DNA of 64,000 nt from a virus: positions 1 through 64,000 of IMG/VR virus record IMGVR_UViG_3300009553_000019. One strand, 5' to 3'. Below, in pieces: positions 9,838 to 19,276 of the stretch; the first letter of the stretch is position 1; each line of letters begins with the position of its first letter. Made by a program: the position numbers and the translations under genes. Under the pieces are notes generated by a model that saw only the letters and a program-made list of their open reading frames with translations, was not told the origin of the DNA and searched no databases.

Positions 9838-10935
9838 ATGAGATTAGCGATGTTTTACGGGAAGTGGTCATCTAGCAATCGTGGTGGGTTTGCAGATTTT
9901 CCCAACCTATATACGAGCAAAGGTTTGACTGGATCTGAAAGTTCTTTTTTTAACCTAGTTAGAGGTCTTTCAGAGCGTGGGCATCAGATTGATGTGTTTT
10001 GTGATACACCAAAGCCTGCAAAATTTGGTGATGCTACAATTTACCCGTTGAGTACTGCAGTAGGTGAGTATCAAGCATATGTCAGCTGGAATGAACCTGA
10101 CATCTTGAGAAACTTCAAAGGAAAGCGTATTGTAGCTCAGCAACTAAACGATTTCAACTACTGCAAACCTGGATTCGATGACTTCGTAGACTACTACATT
10201 AGCCCATCGAAAGCTCATGCTAATCGAATGCTAGAGTGGGGTTGTGTAAGTGAGTCAAAAGTTCGAGCTATCAGTAATTCAATCAACCTCGATTTGTTAC
10301 CGACGGGTTTGGAGAGATCTTCAAATCGCTTGATTTACTGCTCTTCTCCAGATCGTGGACTTCATCAGGCATTACAGATTTTTGGACTTGCACGACAAAA
10401 GAAAAAAGATTTAGAGTTGCATGTTTTTTATGAATTCAAAAACTGGTTTGATGTCAACATTAACCAGTGGAATTCAGGAAACCCAATTTCGGACGCATTT
10501 GGAAACCGTGCTAGATACATTGCTGAATGCTTTAGCCGTTTAGGGGTGAATGGGGAGAATGGTTTATTTCTTCATGGCAATGTATCGAATAAGCAGATGC
10601 AGGAAGAGCTTGCAAAATCTACCATAATGCTTTACCCCTGCGATCCTGTAAACTGGACTGAAGGGTTTTCAGTTTCAACCATGGATGCCTGCGCTAACGG
10701 TTGTGTTCCGATGATTACTGGAGTGGATGCATTGGGTTCAATTTACGGAGAAAGTGGTGCATTACTTCATCCTGTGAATTCACCAAGTTATCTTGGAAAT
10801 TGGGTCCACAACCTACTTTGGTTGTTGCAGACAAATTTAAATGCTAGTCGAGAACAGGTTACCAATTTTGCTAAGAATTTTGATCGAAAGATCATTGCTG
10901 GAGAATGGGATTCGTTCTTCCTTGAGGTAATTTGA
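9838..10935 (+). CDS. GT4-family glycosyltransferase, paralogue of the C-terminal domain of the previous gene
   Basis: GLTGSE, YCSSPDRGL, EGFSVSTMDACANG. RBS GAGG upstream. Confidence 0.85.
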   Translation: MRLAMFYGKWSSSNRGGFADFPNLYTSKGLTGSESSFFNLVRGLSERGHQIDVFCDTPKPAKFGDATIYPLSTAVGEYQAYVSWNEPDILRNFKGKRIVAQQLNDFNYCKPGFDDFVDYYISPSKAHANRMLEWGCVSESKVRAISNSINLDLLPTGLERSSNRLIYCSSPDRGLHQALQIFGLARQKKKDLELHVFYEFKNWFDVNINQWNSGNPISDAFGNRARYIAECFSRLGVNGENGLFLHGNVSNKQMQEELAKSTIMLYPCDPVNWTEGFSVSTMDACANGCVPMITGVDALGSIYGESGALLHPVNSPSYLGNWVHNLLWLLQTNLNASREQVTNFAKNFDRKIIAGEWDSFFLEVI

Positions 10936-12461
10936 CTGTATCTGTTGATAGCTTAACCCGGTTTAAACCCCAACCAAAAGAGACTGTTCTTTTAATCACC
11001 CCACCATCAGCTTTTTTGCTGGATGAACGGGTGTTTATGAGTTTGGGGATTTTGAAAGTAGCTGCAGTTCTAGAAAAAGCAGGGCACTCAGTAGAACTTC
11101 TTGATTTATCTGGAATTGAGAACTATTTAACAGTTGTAGCACTTCAAGTAGCATCTACAAAAGCTAAAGTTGCAGCACTTACTATTACAACCCCTCAACT
11201 TCCAGCGGCCAGTCTAATAGTAGATCAAATTAGAAAGGTCAGACCTGATCTTCGAGTCATTGCTGGTGGTCCACACATCACTTTAGTCCATTCTGCAGTA
11301 AAGTTAGAAGTGAAGCTGGGCAGGGTCGGTAGAGCTCATAAAGCCTATGATCGACTTGTTCAGCTCTTTGACACTATGGTGTCAGGAGATGGTGAGATAT
11401 CTATCTTTGCAGCAATAAGAGAAGATGCGCCACAGCTAATTGATGCAGATGATCCAAAAAGTGGGTTGTTTATGTCCAACGCTGATTATGGCGAGTCACC
11501 ATTTCCTGCTCGACACTTAGTCGACGTAACCAGCTATAAATACAGCATTGAAGGATTTCCTAGCACCAGCCTAATAGCACAGTTGGGTTGTCCGTTTGCA
11601 TGTGGATTTTGTGGTGGTCGAAATTCGAAAATGCTTCGAATGATACGGACTCGATCCACCGAATCGATTGTTAACGAAGTTGAAATGCTCTATAAAACGT
11701 ATGGTTTTACTGGCTATATGTTCTACGATGACGAGCTAAACGTTAACAAATCTATGGTGAGTCTGATGAATGCCATTGGAGATCTCCAAGAACGCTTGGG
11801 AGTGGAATTTCGTCTTCGGGGATTTATCAAATCAGAGCTGTTTAACAAAGAGCAAGCTCGAGCTATGTTCAGAGCTGGGTTTAGGTGGTTGTTATGCGGG
11901 TTTGAGGCAGCGTCTCCTCGAATTCTTGAAAATATCAACAAGAAAGCTACCCTAGAAGATAACACCAAAGTCTTAGAAATTGCAGATAGGGTTGGTCTGA
12001 AGGTTAAGGGGTTGATGTCGGTTGGCCATCCTGGTGAATCTGAAGAATCCATCCTAGCTCTTAGGGATTGGTTGTTAAAGGTAAAACCCGCTGATTTTGA
12101 CTGCACAGTAATTACAACCTATCCAGGTACACCTTACTATGATGAAGCAGTTCCTCATCCGTCGTTGGAGGATGTCTGGACCTATACCTGTAAGAAATCT
12201 GGCGACCAGTTACATTCTTATGATGTAGACTTTACTAAGGTTGCTGAGTACTATAAGGGTGATCCTGATGGGGGTTATCACTCATATGTATTTACAGATC
12301 ACTTGTCAGGCCAGCAGATTGTAAAACTTCGAAATCAAGTTGAAACAGAAGTTCGATCTGCTTTAAACATCCCATTTAACCCTGGACATGCTTCAGTTAG
12401 ATATGAGCATTCTATGGGTCAGTCAGAGTTACCTCAGTTCATTCTCCGTAAAACTCAGTAG
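10932..12461 (+). CDS. Cobalamin-binding radical SAM enzyme (class B methyltransferase-like)
   Basis: N-terminal B12-binding domain (SLGILKVAAVL, VIAGGPHIT, GDGE), CPFACGFC (CxxxCxxC), FYDDE, GFE, INKK, GHPGES, YPGTPYY. Confidence 0.9.
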   Translation: MTVSVDSLTRFKPQPKETVLLITPPSAFLLDERVFMSLGILKVAAVLEKAGHSVELLDLSGIENYLTVVALQVASTKAKVAALTITTPQLPAASLIVDQIRKVRPDLRVIAGGPHITLVHSAVKLEVKLGRVGRAHKAYDRLVQLFDTMVSGDGEISIFAAIREDAPQLIDADDPKSGLFMSNADYGESPFPARHLVDVTSYKYSIEGFPSTSLIAQLGCPFACGFCGGRNSKMLRMIRTRSTESIVNEVEMLYKTYGFTGYMFYDDELNVNKSMVSLMNAIGDLQERLGVEFRLRGFIKSELFNKEQARAMFRAGFRWLLCGFEAASPRILENINKKATLEDNTKVLEIADRVGLKVKGLMSVGHPGESEESILALRDWLLKVKPADFDCTVITTYPGTPYYDEAVPHPSLEDVWTYTCKKSGDQLHSYDVDFTKVAEYYKGDPDGGYHSYVFTDHLSGQQIVKLRNQVETEVRSALNIPFNPGHASVRYEHSMGQSELPQFILRKTQ

Positions 12462-12474
12462 TTGCTTGTTGATC

Positions 12475-12512
12475 TGAGTCTAGTGCATTATACAATCGAT
12501 GCACTAGACTCA
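12475..12512 (+). promoter_or_regulatory. Perfect 14-bp inverted repeat with a TACAAT -10-like box in the loop, ending on the A of the next start codon
   Basis: TGAGTCTAGTGCAT (12475-12488) / loop TATACAATCG / ATGCACTAGACTCA (12499-12512). Confidence 0.6.
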
Positions 12513-13045
12513 TGATAATAGCACCTATTGGAGTGACTTTTCCATTAATTCTAACGATCTCTCAAGAAGGGATTGGTGGATTAGTTGGACAGAGCCCTAC
12601 TGTAGCTCTTAGAAATACCTTAACCAATACCTACCTTGATTGGTCGGATGGGACATTCAAAGTATCTGGTTGGGGAGTTAAGTATCAACCTATGTCTGAG
12701 ATCGAAAGAGGGAATTATCAACAGTTGGTGATTCATTCATCTACCCCAGGAATCGTATCAGGTATGTTCTTGTCTGCCGAGTACAACCTAAATGGGGCTT
12801 CTAATGTTAAGGGTGAGGCTAGTGATCTAGTCTACATCTCTGGTGGGGATAGTAGCTTAGATGTTGCTTTGCTGCGTAAGGGTATGACTAACCGAATGGA
12901 GGAGTTCGGTGGAGATCCCGGTCAGCTGATCTTGTATGACGACGACGGAGTTACACCTCTTATGCGTTGGGAGCTGAGAGATGAAAGTGGAGGGCTTGTA
13001 GTTTCTACTGTTGGCCAACCTTCTCGAAGAGGTCCTGGAGTATGA
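12512..13045 (+). CDS. Hypothetical virion structural protein
   Basis: 177-aa ORF coupled (ATGA) to the next gene. Confidence 0.6.
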   Translation: MIIAPIGVTFPLILTISQEGIGGLVGQSPTVALRNTLTNTYLDWSDGTFKVSGWGVKYQPMSEIERGNYQQLVIHSSTPGIVSGMFLSAEYNLNGASNVKGEASDLVYISGGDSSLDVALLRKGMTNRMEEFGGDPGQLILYDDDGVTPLMRWELRDESGGLVVSTVGQPSRRGPGV

Positions 13046-14199
13046 GAAGTGGGTTTATAGCTAGAACTGGTGTAAACTACACCCCACTAGGTCAAACATT
13101 TGGGTTGGGGTCTGTAGGGACTGAAGTTGTACCCACTCCAGTTCAACCACCAAAGCATCGAAATATTTGTGTTCCAGGCTATTGGGGTAACAACCTGAGA
13201 TGTAGAATTGGGCAAGAGTCTACTCAGCTTAAGATAGCAGCAGCTTTAAATGATGAGTTGCTTGCAACAGGAGTTAGAGTTGCCTTATGGTTACCTGTTC
13301 ATGAATACCTGAAGCTTACAGCACCCAAGAATCAAACTGGTGGGGATATTGCTACAGCAGGAACCTTGAAATGCTCTTGTGTTAAAGAGTCGGGTCAGCA
13401 TGCAGATAGACGGTGCAATAGCTGTCATGGCACAGACTTCATTCCCGGCTACTTGAAGTTTGGTTATCAAACGCTATGGATGTCTTCTATCAGCCATGGT
13501 TGGACAGTTACGAATTTAACTCAGAATACAGTACTCAAACCCTACCGCTATGAACTTAAGAGTGGAGCTACTGTAGGCACTCTTGAATCTACTGATCTGT
13601 TTTTTACAAAATCAGTAACCAATGGGGACTGGGATTATCGAAATGATTTTGTTCTTCGAGATGCTGCTAATAATGCTGTGACAGTTTTCTTTAGTGTTAA
13701 TCAAGGCGCAAATTGGTATGACATAGCAAACCTTCAGTCAATAGCTCCAGCTTCTGGCAGTATTAGGTTTAGAATCAATCTTAGCAGAACGTCAACATCG
13801 ACTCCATCACCGGCTTGGGAGATGCTTAGAGTTCGTTATCCTACGATAGCTGAAAATGGAAGAGTAGGGCCATGGATTTTGATCTTGAAGAATGTAATGA
13901 CCAAAACTGATATCCAAGATCTTCGAGGGATTATCCAGGATGGTTCGATGTCGTTTTGGACAGCTCCACTGTCTTTATTTGACTGCAACATTCAGAAGCA
14001 GAGTTCGATTGATGACCCAATCAATCTTTTTTCATTAATTAAAGAGCCTGCTTTTATCGAGTTTCTGGATAGCGTAAGAATCGGACAAAGATGGTCGATA
14101 ACGAAAGTGAATTATTCCGACTCACTAGACTTTTTAACCAGGCAGTTCTTTTCCAGCAGACTACAGCAAGAACTGGAATTTACTTCGCTAGTGTTTTAA
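13042..14199 (+). CDS. Putative head-closure/neck protein with Zn-binding motif
   Basis: CSC...CNSCHGT.FIPGY motif of the kind seen in large-myophage neck proteins; position upstream of sheath. Confidence 0.5.
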   Translation: MRSGFIARTGVNYTPLGQTFGLGSVGTEVVPTPVQPPKHRNICVPGYWGNNLRCRIGQESTQLKIAAALNDELLATGVRVALWLPVHEYLKLTAPKNQTGGDIATAGTLKCSCVKESGQHADRRCNSCHGTDFIPGYLKFGYQTLWMSSISHGWTVTNLTQNTVLKPYRYELKSGATVGTLESTDLFFTKSVTNGDWDYRNDFVLRDAANNAVTVFFSVNQGANWYDIANLQSIAPASGSIRFRINLSRTSTSTPSPAWEMLRVRYPTIAENGRVGPWILILKNVMTKTDIQDLRGIIQDGSMSFWTAPLSLFDCNIQKQSSIDDPINLFSLIKEPAFIEFLDSVRIGQRWSITKVNYSDSLDFLTRQFFSSRLQQELEFTSLVF

Positions 14200-14242
14200 T
14201 CATCGAGTAAGGGTTAGAACCTTACTAAACTCCGTTAAAACA

Positions 14243-14761
14243 GTGTCTAAGATCAAAATCACAATCAAGAGAAAAGAGGGAAAACCTGCTTACGATTCTC
14301 AGACATTGAAGAAGGCGGTTTTATGGTTGGAACAGATCATCCCACCAACTATCACTTCTTGGATCTTCACTAACCAACCATTTAAGTCTCAGTCAGGTAT
14401 GGCTGCAAAAAGCTGGAAGGTTACTGTTGATGGTAACATCCTCAAGATAACCAATTTGATGCCTTACACATATTGGTTAAATGATGGGGTTAGGCCTCAC
14501 GTTATGACTTACCTCTTGAATGGGAAACATACCCAAAGGCATGCTTTTGGTAAGTATGCTTATTGGGGTCGAACTCCTGTCCCAATTCCAGGAGCTGCTG
14601 GTTTCTTTTTCAGAACTCCCACCCCAGCCTCATTTGCAGCTGGAAAGTGGAAGCATCCTGGAACAATAGGTTCGCACTTCTTAGAGAAGTCGTTGTCTGA
14701 ACTTATTGAAACAGTTAAGACTCAACTGCCCAACCTTCAAATAGATTTGACAACGTTATGA
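14243..14761 (+). CDS. Putative neck/tail-completion protein
   Basis: Basic 172-aa ORF with Y..WLNDGVRPH and WKHPGT...HFLEKS motifs. Confidence 0.5.
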   Translation: MSKIKITIKRKEGKPAYDSQTLKKAVLWLEQIIPPTITSWIFTNQPFKSQSGMAAKSWKVTVDGNILKITNLMPYTYWLNDGVRPHVMTYLLNGKHTQRHAFGKYAYWGRTPVPIPGAAGFFFRTPTPASFAAGKWKHPGTIGSHFLEKSLSELIETVKTQLPNLQIDLTTL

Positions 14762-15939
14762 TCACTGAAGATCTTGCTAGTCATAAAAACATAGCCACCA
14801 CTCCGCTTGATCCACAAGATCCCGCTAGATTTAGTCAGTTAACTGAGACTGTGAAGGATTGCATACAACGTGAATTATGTCAATTCTTCAAGTTTGTAGG
14901 ATCAGGTTCTAAGCATATTGAGATACCTACAATAGAAAAGTATAGTCTAGGTTCTGAAGGTGGTAACAATCCTATCGAAACCATGACTAGGATTATCCTT
15001 CAGCACCCTGATATTTTAGAGCGATTACCGCTTATCGCCATCACGACTTCGACTGGTTCGAATTTAAAGCTGGGCTTTAACAGTCAGATGGTTGGTGCAA
15101 CTCAGCAACCTGCTAGAGTAAAGGGAACCAACAAAGGGCCCTTTCATTTTGTAGAGGGTGATAAGATTGCTTTTAGAACGAAGCCTGATGGCATCAACTT
15201 TGCAATATCAACCATTCTTTTTCCATCGAAACTAATAACAAATCTAGCTGCTACGACCGTAGAAGAAGTAGTTGCTCTTACTGCTGTTCAGGCTTTGCAT
15301 GTTACAGCTCAGGTTACTAATTTTTCTGATCCAGTTGGGGTAATACGGTTTTTAGCCTTTGGTCCGCTTGCTAAACTCTACCCTAACCAGATAGAAGTTT
15401 TACCTCCTCCATATTCTACTCAGAATGCTATCGACCAGTTAGGGCTGACTATAGAGGTGGTAGATAACAGTGCTAATAGACCACCAGCCAATCGTTACCA
15501 GTTAGCAGCTAATCTAACAGTAGGTTTAGATATAGGTTGTGAATCAGAGAATAGTCGTCGAGAGTTGACAGACTTACTTCTGAATTTTTTCAGCCTGGAG
15601 ATGGATAAGAGGGACTTTACCTTTTATGGTAGATCCATCTTTGATGATGAATTTATCCAAGATGATTCTGGCAGAAAAGAAAACTATCAGGTAATTCTAA
15701 AAGATCAGCACGCACTAACGGGTGAAGCAGAGGTACCTCGTCAAGCTAGTTCTGGTGAGCAGAAAGATCTGATTTATATAAATCGGTTATCAGTACCCGT
15801 CACAATCGTTGATTACATCGATCGGTACGTAGTTAACCTGCCAAGGCGACTGAACGAGGCCACTTTGATTCAATCAGTCAACGATTCTGGTGGAATGCCA
15901 GAAGGTGATCATGTTGGCTTTGGTGAGACTTCTGGTTAG
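14758..15939 (+). CDS. Putative tail terminator/completion protein with inserted domain
   Basis: LPLIAITT and SRRELTDLL motifs; located immediately before the sheath. Confidence 0.45.
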   Translation: MITEDLASHKNIATTPLDPQDPARFSQLTETVKDCIQRELCQFFKFVGSGSKHIEIPTIEKYSLGSEGGNNPIETMTRIILQHPDILERLPLIAITTSTGSNLKLGFNSQMVGATQQPARVKGTNKGPFHFVEGDKIAFRTKPDGINFAISTILFPSKLITNLAATTVEEVVALTAVQALHVTAQVTNFSDPVGVIRFLAFGPLAKLYPNQIEVLPPPYSTQNAIDQLGLTIEVVDNSANRPPANRYQLAANLTVGLDIGCESENSRRELTDLLLNFFSLEMDKRDFTFYGRSIFDDEFIQDDSGRKENYQVILKDQHALTGEAEVPRQASSGEQKDLIYINRLSVPVTIVDYIDRYVVNLPRRLNEATLIQSVNDSGGMPEGDHVGFGETSG

Positions 15940-16087
15940 CGAAAGATTAATCGAATCCTTACGACGATCACTATAATCGAGTTGTAGGGTAGGTCCTGCC
16001 TCATGAATGCAATTCAAGCAAGTCTTTCTTGAAGTTGTAAAGAAGGTTGGACAAGGTTCTTTAGTATAAAGACTGAGTTACACAAAC

Positions 16088-18511
16088 ATGACTATCGATC
16101 TTTCAGTATATACAGACCCAGGCGTGTACCAGCAAGAGGTTATTCAACCTCAAGCATTAGCTACAGGTCAGGTGCCAAATGTACTGGCTGTAGTTGCTAT
16201 CGGTCCTCGGTCTAAGCGATCGACTAACGAGATTGTTCAACGTGGTATCGTACTTAACGAATCTGTAACTTTCAGTACCCCATCTCCTTACAATTACACA
16301 TTGTTGAGTCATGGAAATCGTCGTAAACAAGATACAACGATTTTAAGGAATGGTACTGATTCAATCCCTCTGGGTGGTTATGATTATCTTCCAGCTTCAA
16401 AGCAAGGAGTAGCTGGACCCTACAACATTCCTGCAACTTCATATCTTACCTTTGAGTTAGATCACAAGGGTTACCTCTCAGTATTAATCACAGCGTCAGC
16501 TACTCAAACTGCTGGGGTAATTGTAGGCCTAATTAATGCAGCTCTAGCAGCTGATGCTAGGTATGGGGTACCATACAACGCTGTAGCTTCAGTTGCAGGT
16601 GGCAATGCAGTCAAGATAACTTCACCAGTTACTGGTGCTACATCTGACTTTAGAATTATTCAGACCCCAGCAGCCACTGGTGGTGATGTAGGTGTTGTTA
16701 TTTTTGGTGGTTCGCTACCATTTATCGCAGACACAATCGTTCAACTGAATCCACTTCAGTATGTTACTGGTGCTACTTATACGATTTCCTACGTATCGAC
16801 AGATAACCAAGTCGATCCATTGACATTTAGTCCAGTTACCAGCATCATCAAAATTGGTAATACTGCGAATGTCACTTCTTATGCTAAGAGTGTTGATTAC
16901 ACCTTAAACGGTAACAATGTTGATTGGTCACTAAATACTCAAGCAACAGTTACTGGTCCTGCTGGAACCTTTAATACGACGGTGCTTAACAGTATCAAGT
17001 TTGCGGTTAATGGTTTAGCAGCTCTTACAGTTGCAATTCCAACTGGAGCAACGACTTCAGCTGCAGCAATTGCAACAGCTTTAAATACCGCTTTAATTGC
17101 TAGTTCAGCATATGGACCTCTGTATGGTTCGGTGTTTACTGCACCTAGTACTTCAGTTGTAGCTACTGCTCCAGCTCAATTTCAAGACGAGCCTGTAGCT
17201 AGAGGTGTGAATAGCATCATTGAATTCTTTGATACACCAAACAACTCTGCAAACTTAGTGTTTGGTATCACTTCCTTTCCTTACCAAACAATTGGTTCAG
17301 CTGACCAACCAACATATGGTTCTCTGTATTTCATTACTTATGAGTACGTTCGGCCTACTTCTGATTACAACAACCCAAGTCCTGTAGATCATAGATTCTT
17401 TGACGAGACATCTGCATATCTTTATACAGAGCCACTAACTGCTGATAATATCTCAGTTAATAAGTTGGCGATGGCAGTGAGAGTAGCATTTGAGAATAAT
17501 ACCCCACAGATCATCTTGATTCAGGTGAATGATCAGAATCAGCCTGGTTCTCCATCAATTAATGAGACCAAGGCAGCCATTGACTCGGCTAGCAACAACA
17601 GCAGCATTACAGAGCTGGTGGTTCTCGATACTAGACTAGCTGTTCAATCTTACTTGCTGTCTCATGTCACTACACAATCCGCGATTCTCGAGAAGAATTA
17701 TCGTAGAGGTTGGTATGGCATGGCACGAAACACTCCAGTGGGTGACATCGACACGCCCAACACTTTCGTCTACAGAGCACAGATCACACTTCAGGTTCCA
17801 CCAGATAGTCCTGGAAGAGGTCGATCCATCATCTCTGCTCCAGCAAATGTTTCCAAGACATTTACTCTAGAGTCTGGAGCTGAGCAAAAAGTGTTGTTGG
17901 ATTCGACTTATCTTAGCTTAGCAACAGCAGCAGTGATGTGTAGCTTTCTATCAGTAGCGACCTCTCTATTGCGCAAGACGATTGTTGGATTCGATCTCGA
18001 TGATTTCCAGGTTTATCAGAAGGGTGAGCGTAGAACACTAGCAGCTAACGGTGTAAACGTTGTAACTCTTGATGGTGGAAACTTTAAGCTAACTGATCCG
18101 GTAACCACTGAACAGGGTGCTGGAAACCTTAGAGAGTTTACTGAAATTAGTGCAGGTGCTCAGAAGGATAAGGTTGTCAGAGGGATTGATAAAACTCTAG
18201 ACACCAACGCGGTCGGTATTGTGCCTTCAGATCTAGCCGATTACATTAACGACATCAAGGGGCTGATTGCAAATGAGCTTCGATCAATGATCGAAACTGG
18301 CGACATTGCACGTTACAAAGATCAGAATGGAAACCCTCGAGATATCAACCTCCAGACTGATATGCAGGTCTTCCAAAGCCCGACTGATCCTACCAGATTT
18401 AATTTCAGGTATTACTTCAACCTACGCTATCCAGCCAAGAGATTCTTTGGTGAGTGGTCGGTAGACAATCCGTTTTTTGGTGCAGCAAATTCAGGACAGC
18501 AAACATCTTGA
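16088..18511 (+). CDS. Contractile tail sheath protein with inserted surface domains
   Basis: N-terminal YTDPGVY..E, C-terminal LAANGVNVV...DPVTT...EIS and FNFRY.FNLRYPAKR; 807 aa. Confidence 0.85.
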   Translation: MTIDLSVYTDPGVYQQEVIQPQALATGQVPNVLAVVAIGPRSKRSTNEIVQRGIVLNESVTFSTPSPYNYTLLSHGNRRKQDTTILRNGTDSIPLGGYDYLPASKQGVAGPYNIPATSYLTFELDHKGYLSVLITASATQTAGVIVGLINAALAADARYGVPYNAVASVAGGNAVKITSPVTGATSDFRIIQTPAATGGDVGVVIFGGSLPFIADTIVQLNPLQYVTGATYTISYVSTDNQVDPLTFSPVTSIIKIGNTANVTSYAKSVDYTLNGNNVDWSLNTQATVTGPAGTFNTTVLNSIKFAVNGLAALTVAIPTGATTSAAAIATALNTALIASSAYGPLYGSVFTAPSTSVVATAPAQFQDEPVARGVNSIIEFFDTPNNSANLVFGITSFPYQTIGSADQPTYGSLYFITYEYVRPTSDYNNPSPVDHRFFDETSAYLYTEPLTADNISVNKLAMAVRVAFENNTPQIILIQVNDQNQPGSPSINETKAAIDSASNNSSITELVVLDTRLAVQSYLLSHVTTQSAILEKNYRRGWYGMARNTPVGDIDTPNTFVYRAQITLQVPPDSPGRGRSIISAPANVSKTFTLESGAEQKVLLDSTYLSLATAAVMCSFLSVATSLLRKTIVGFDLDDFQVYQKGERRTLAANGVNVVTLDGGNFKLTDPVTTEQGAGNLREFTEISAGAQKDKVVRGIDKTLDTNAVGIVPSDLADYINDIKGLIANELRSMIETGDIARYKDQNGNPRDINLQTDMQVFQSPTDPTRFNFRYYFNLRYPAKRFFGEWSVDNPFFGAANSGQQTS

Positions 18512-18544
18512 TTCTTTTAGCGTGAACTAGAGGAGTTAAGAAAG

Positions 18545-18877
18545 ATGACACCAGAACAAGAAGCTAAGATCGACCAACTACTAAAAATGGTTGGAGATGT
18601 TGCCAACGATCAGATAGCCCTTCGACAGAAGTTAGAAAACTGTGTAGGGGTAGTAGAAGTTCTGGTGCATAAACAAGGAATTCAGCAAGAATCTCTAAAA
18701 TCTGCTTGGGATGCAATTATGCGAGCAGTTGATAGAAGAAAAGACTTAGACTCGAAGATTCTAAGTCTACAAGAAGTTACAGGAAATGCTTTTGATGCCA
18801 TCAAATCGATAACAGATCATCTTGGCATTCCAGCACTTACAGAAAAAAATGACAGGTCCTCGGTGTCTTCTGGTTGA
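18545..18877 (+). CDS. Hypothetical coiled-coil protein
   Basis: 110-aa ORF with strong RBS GAGGAG and heptad pattern. Confidence 0.6.
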   Translation: MTPEQEAKIDQLLKMVGDVANDQIALRQKLENCVGVVEVLVHKQGIQQESLKSAWDAIMRAVDRRKDLDSKILSLQEVTGNAFDAIKSITDHLGIPALTEKNDRSSVSSG

Positions 18878-19223
18878 TGATGAGCCAGGGCTATTAAGAC
18901 TAGTTTCTAGAATTCTTGAAATTCACTGTAATATGACTGTAGTTACTGCATCAAACGCTATAGTAGCACTTCAGCGACTTCATGCTGAAAGTTTTGATAT
19001 CTTAGTTACTGATGAGGGTATGCCTGGTCCTTCTGGTTTGCATCTTTTGAAAGTTGCAAAAGAGAAATGGCCATTAATGCGAAGAGTCTTATTGACTGGG
19101 GCAGCAAATAGTGAGCAGATGAATTCTGGCATTGCTGATGCAGTAATTGATAAGATCTTCAACTCCAAGGTAATAGCCTCAAAGATTTGTCGTCTAGCCT
19201 CAAATGCTAGGAATATCACTTAA
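18849..19223 (+). CDS. Stand-alone CheY-like response regulator (receiver domain only)
   Basis: LLVDDE, FDILVTDEGMPG.SG (phospho-Asp), RRVLLTG (conserved Thr), IDK (conserved Lys). ATG at 18849 preferred over TTG 18822. Confidence 0.9.
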   Translation: MTGPRCLLVDDEPGLLRLVSRILEIHCNMTVVTASNAIVALQRLHAESFDILVTDEGMPGPSGLHLLKVAKEKWPLMRRVLLTGAANSEQMNSGIADAVIDKIFNSKVIASKICRLASNARNIT

Positions 19224-19276
19224 ATGGGAATTGCAAGCTAGTCAAAAGCTAGCCCGAGAACCGAAAGAATAAGCTA

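Noticed and set aside
7344-12461. Glycosyltransferases and radical SAM as a DNA hypermodification system
   Set aside because: The GT2-TPR architecture and structural-gene context favour protein substrates, and no base-hydroxymethylase or similar gene is in the window. Not fully excluded without DNA analysis.
18840-18851. A-run (GAA AAA AAT) as a -1 frameshift fusing the coiled-coil gene to the response regulator
   Set aside because: The receiver ORF is in the +1 frame, not -1, and has its own ATG at 18849.
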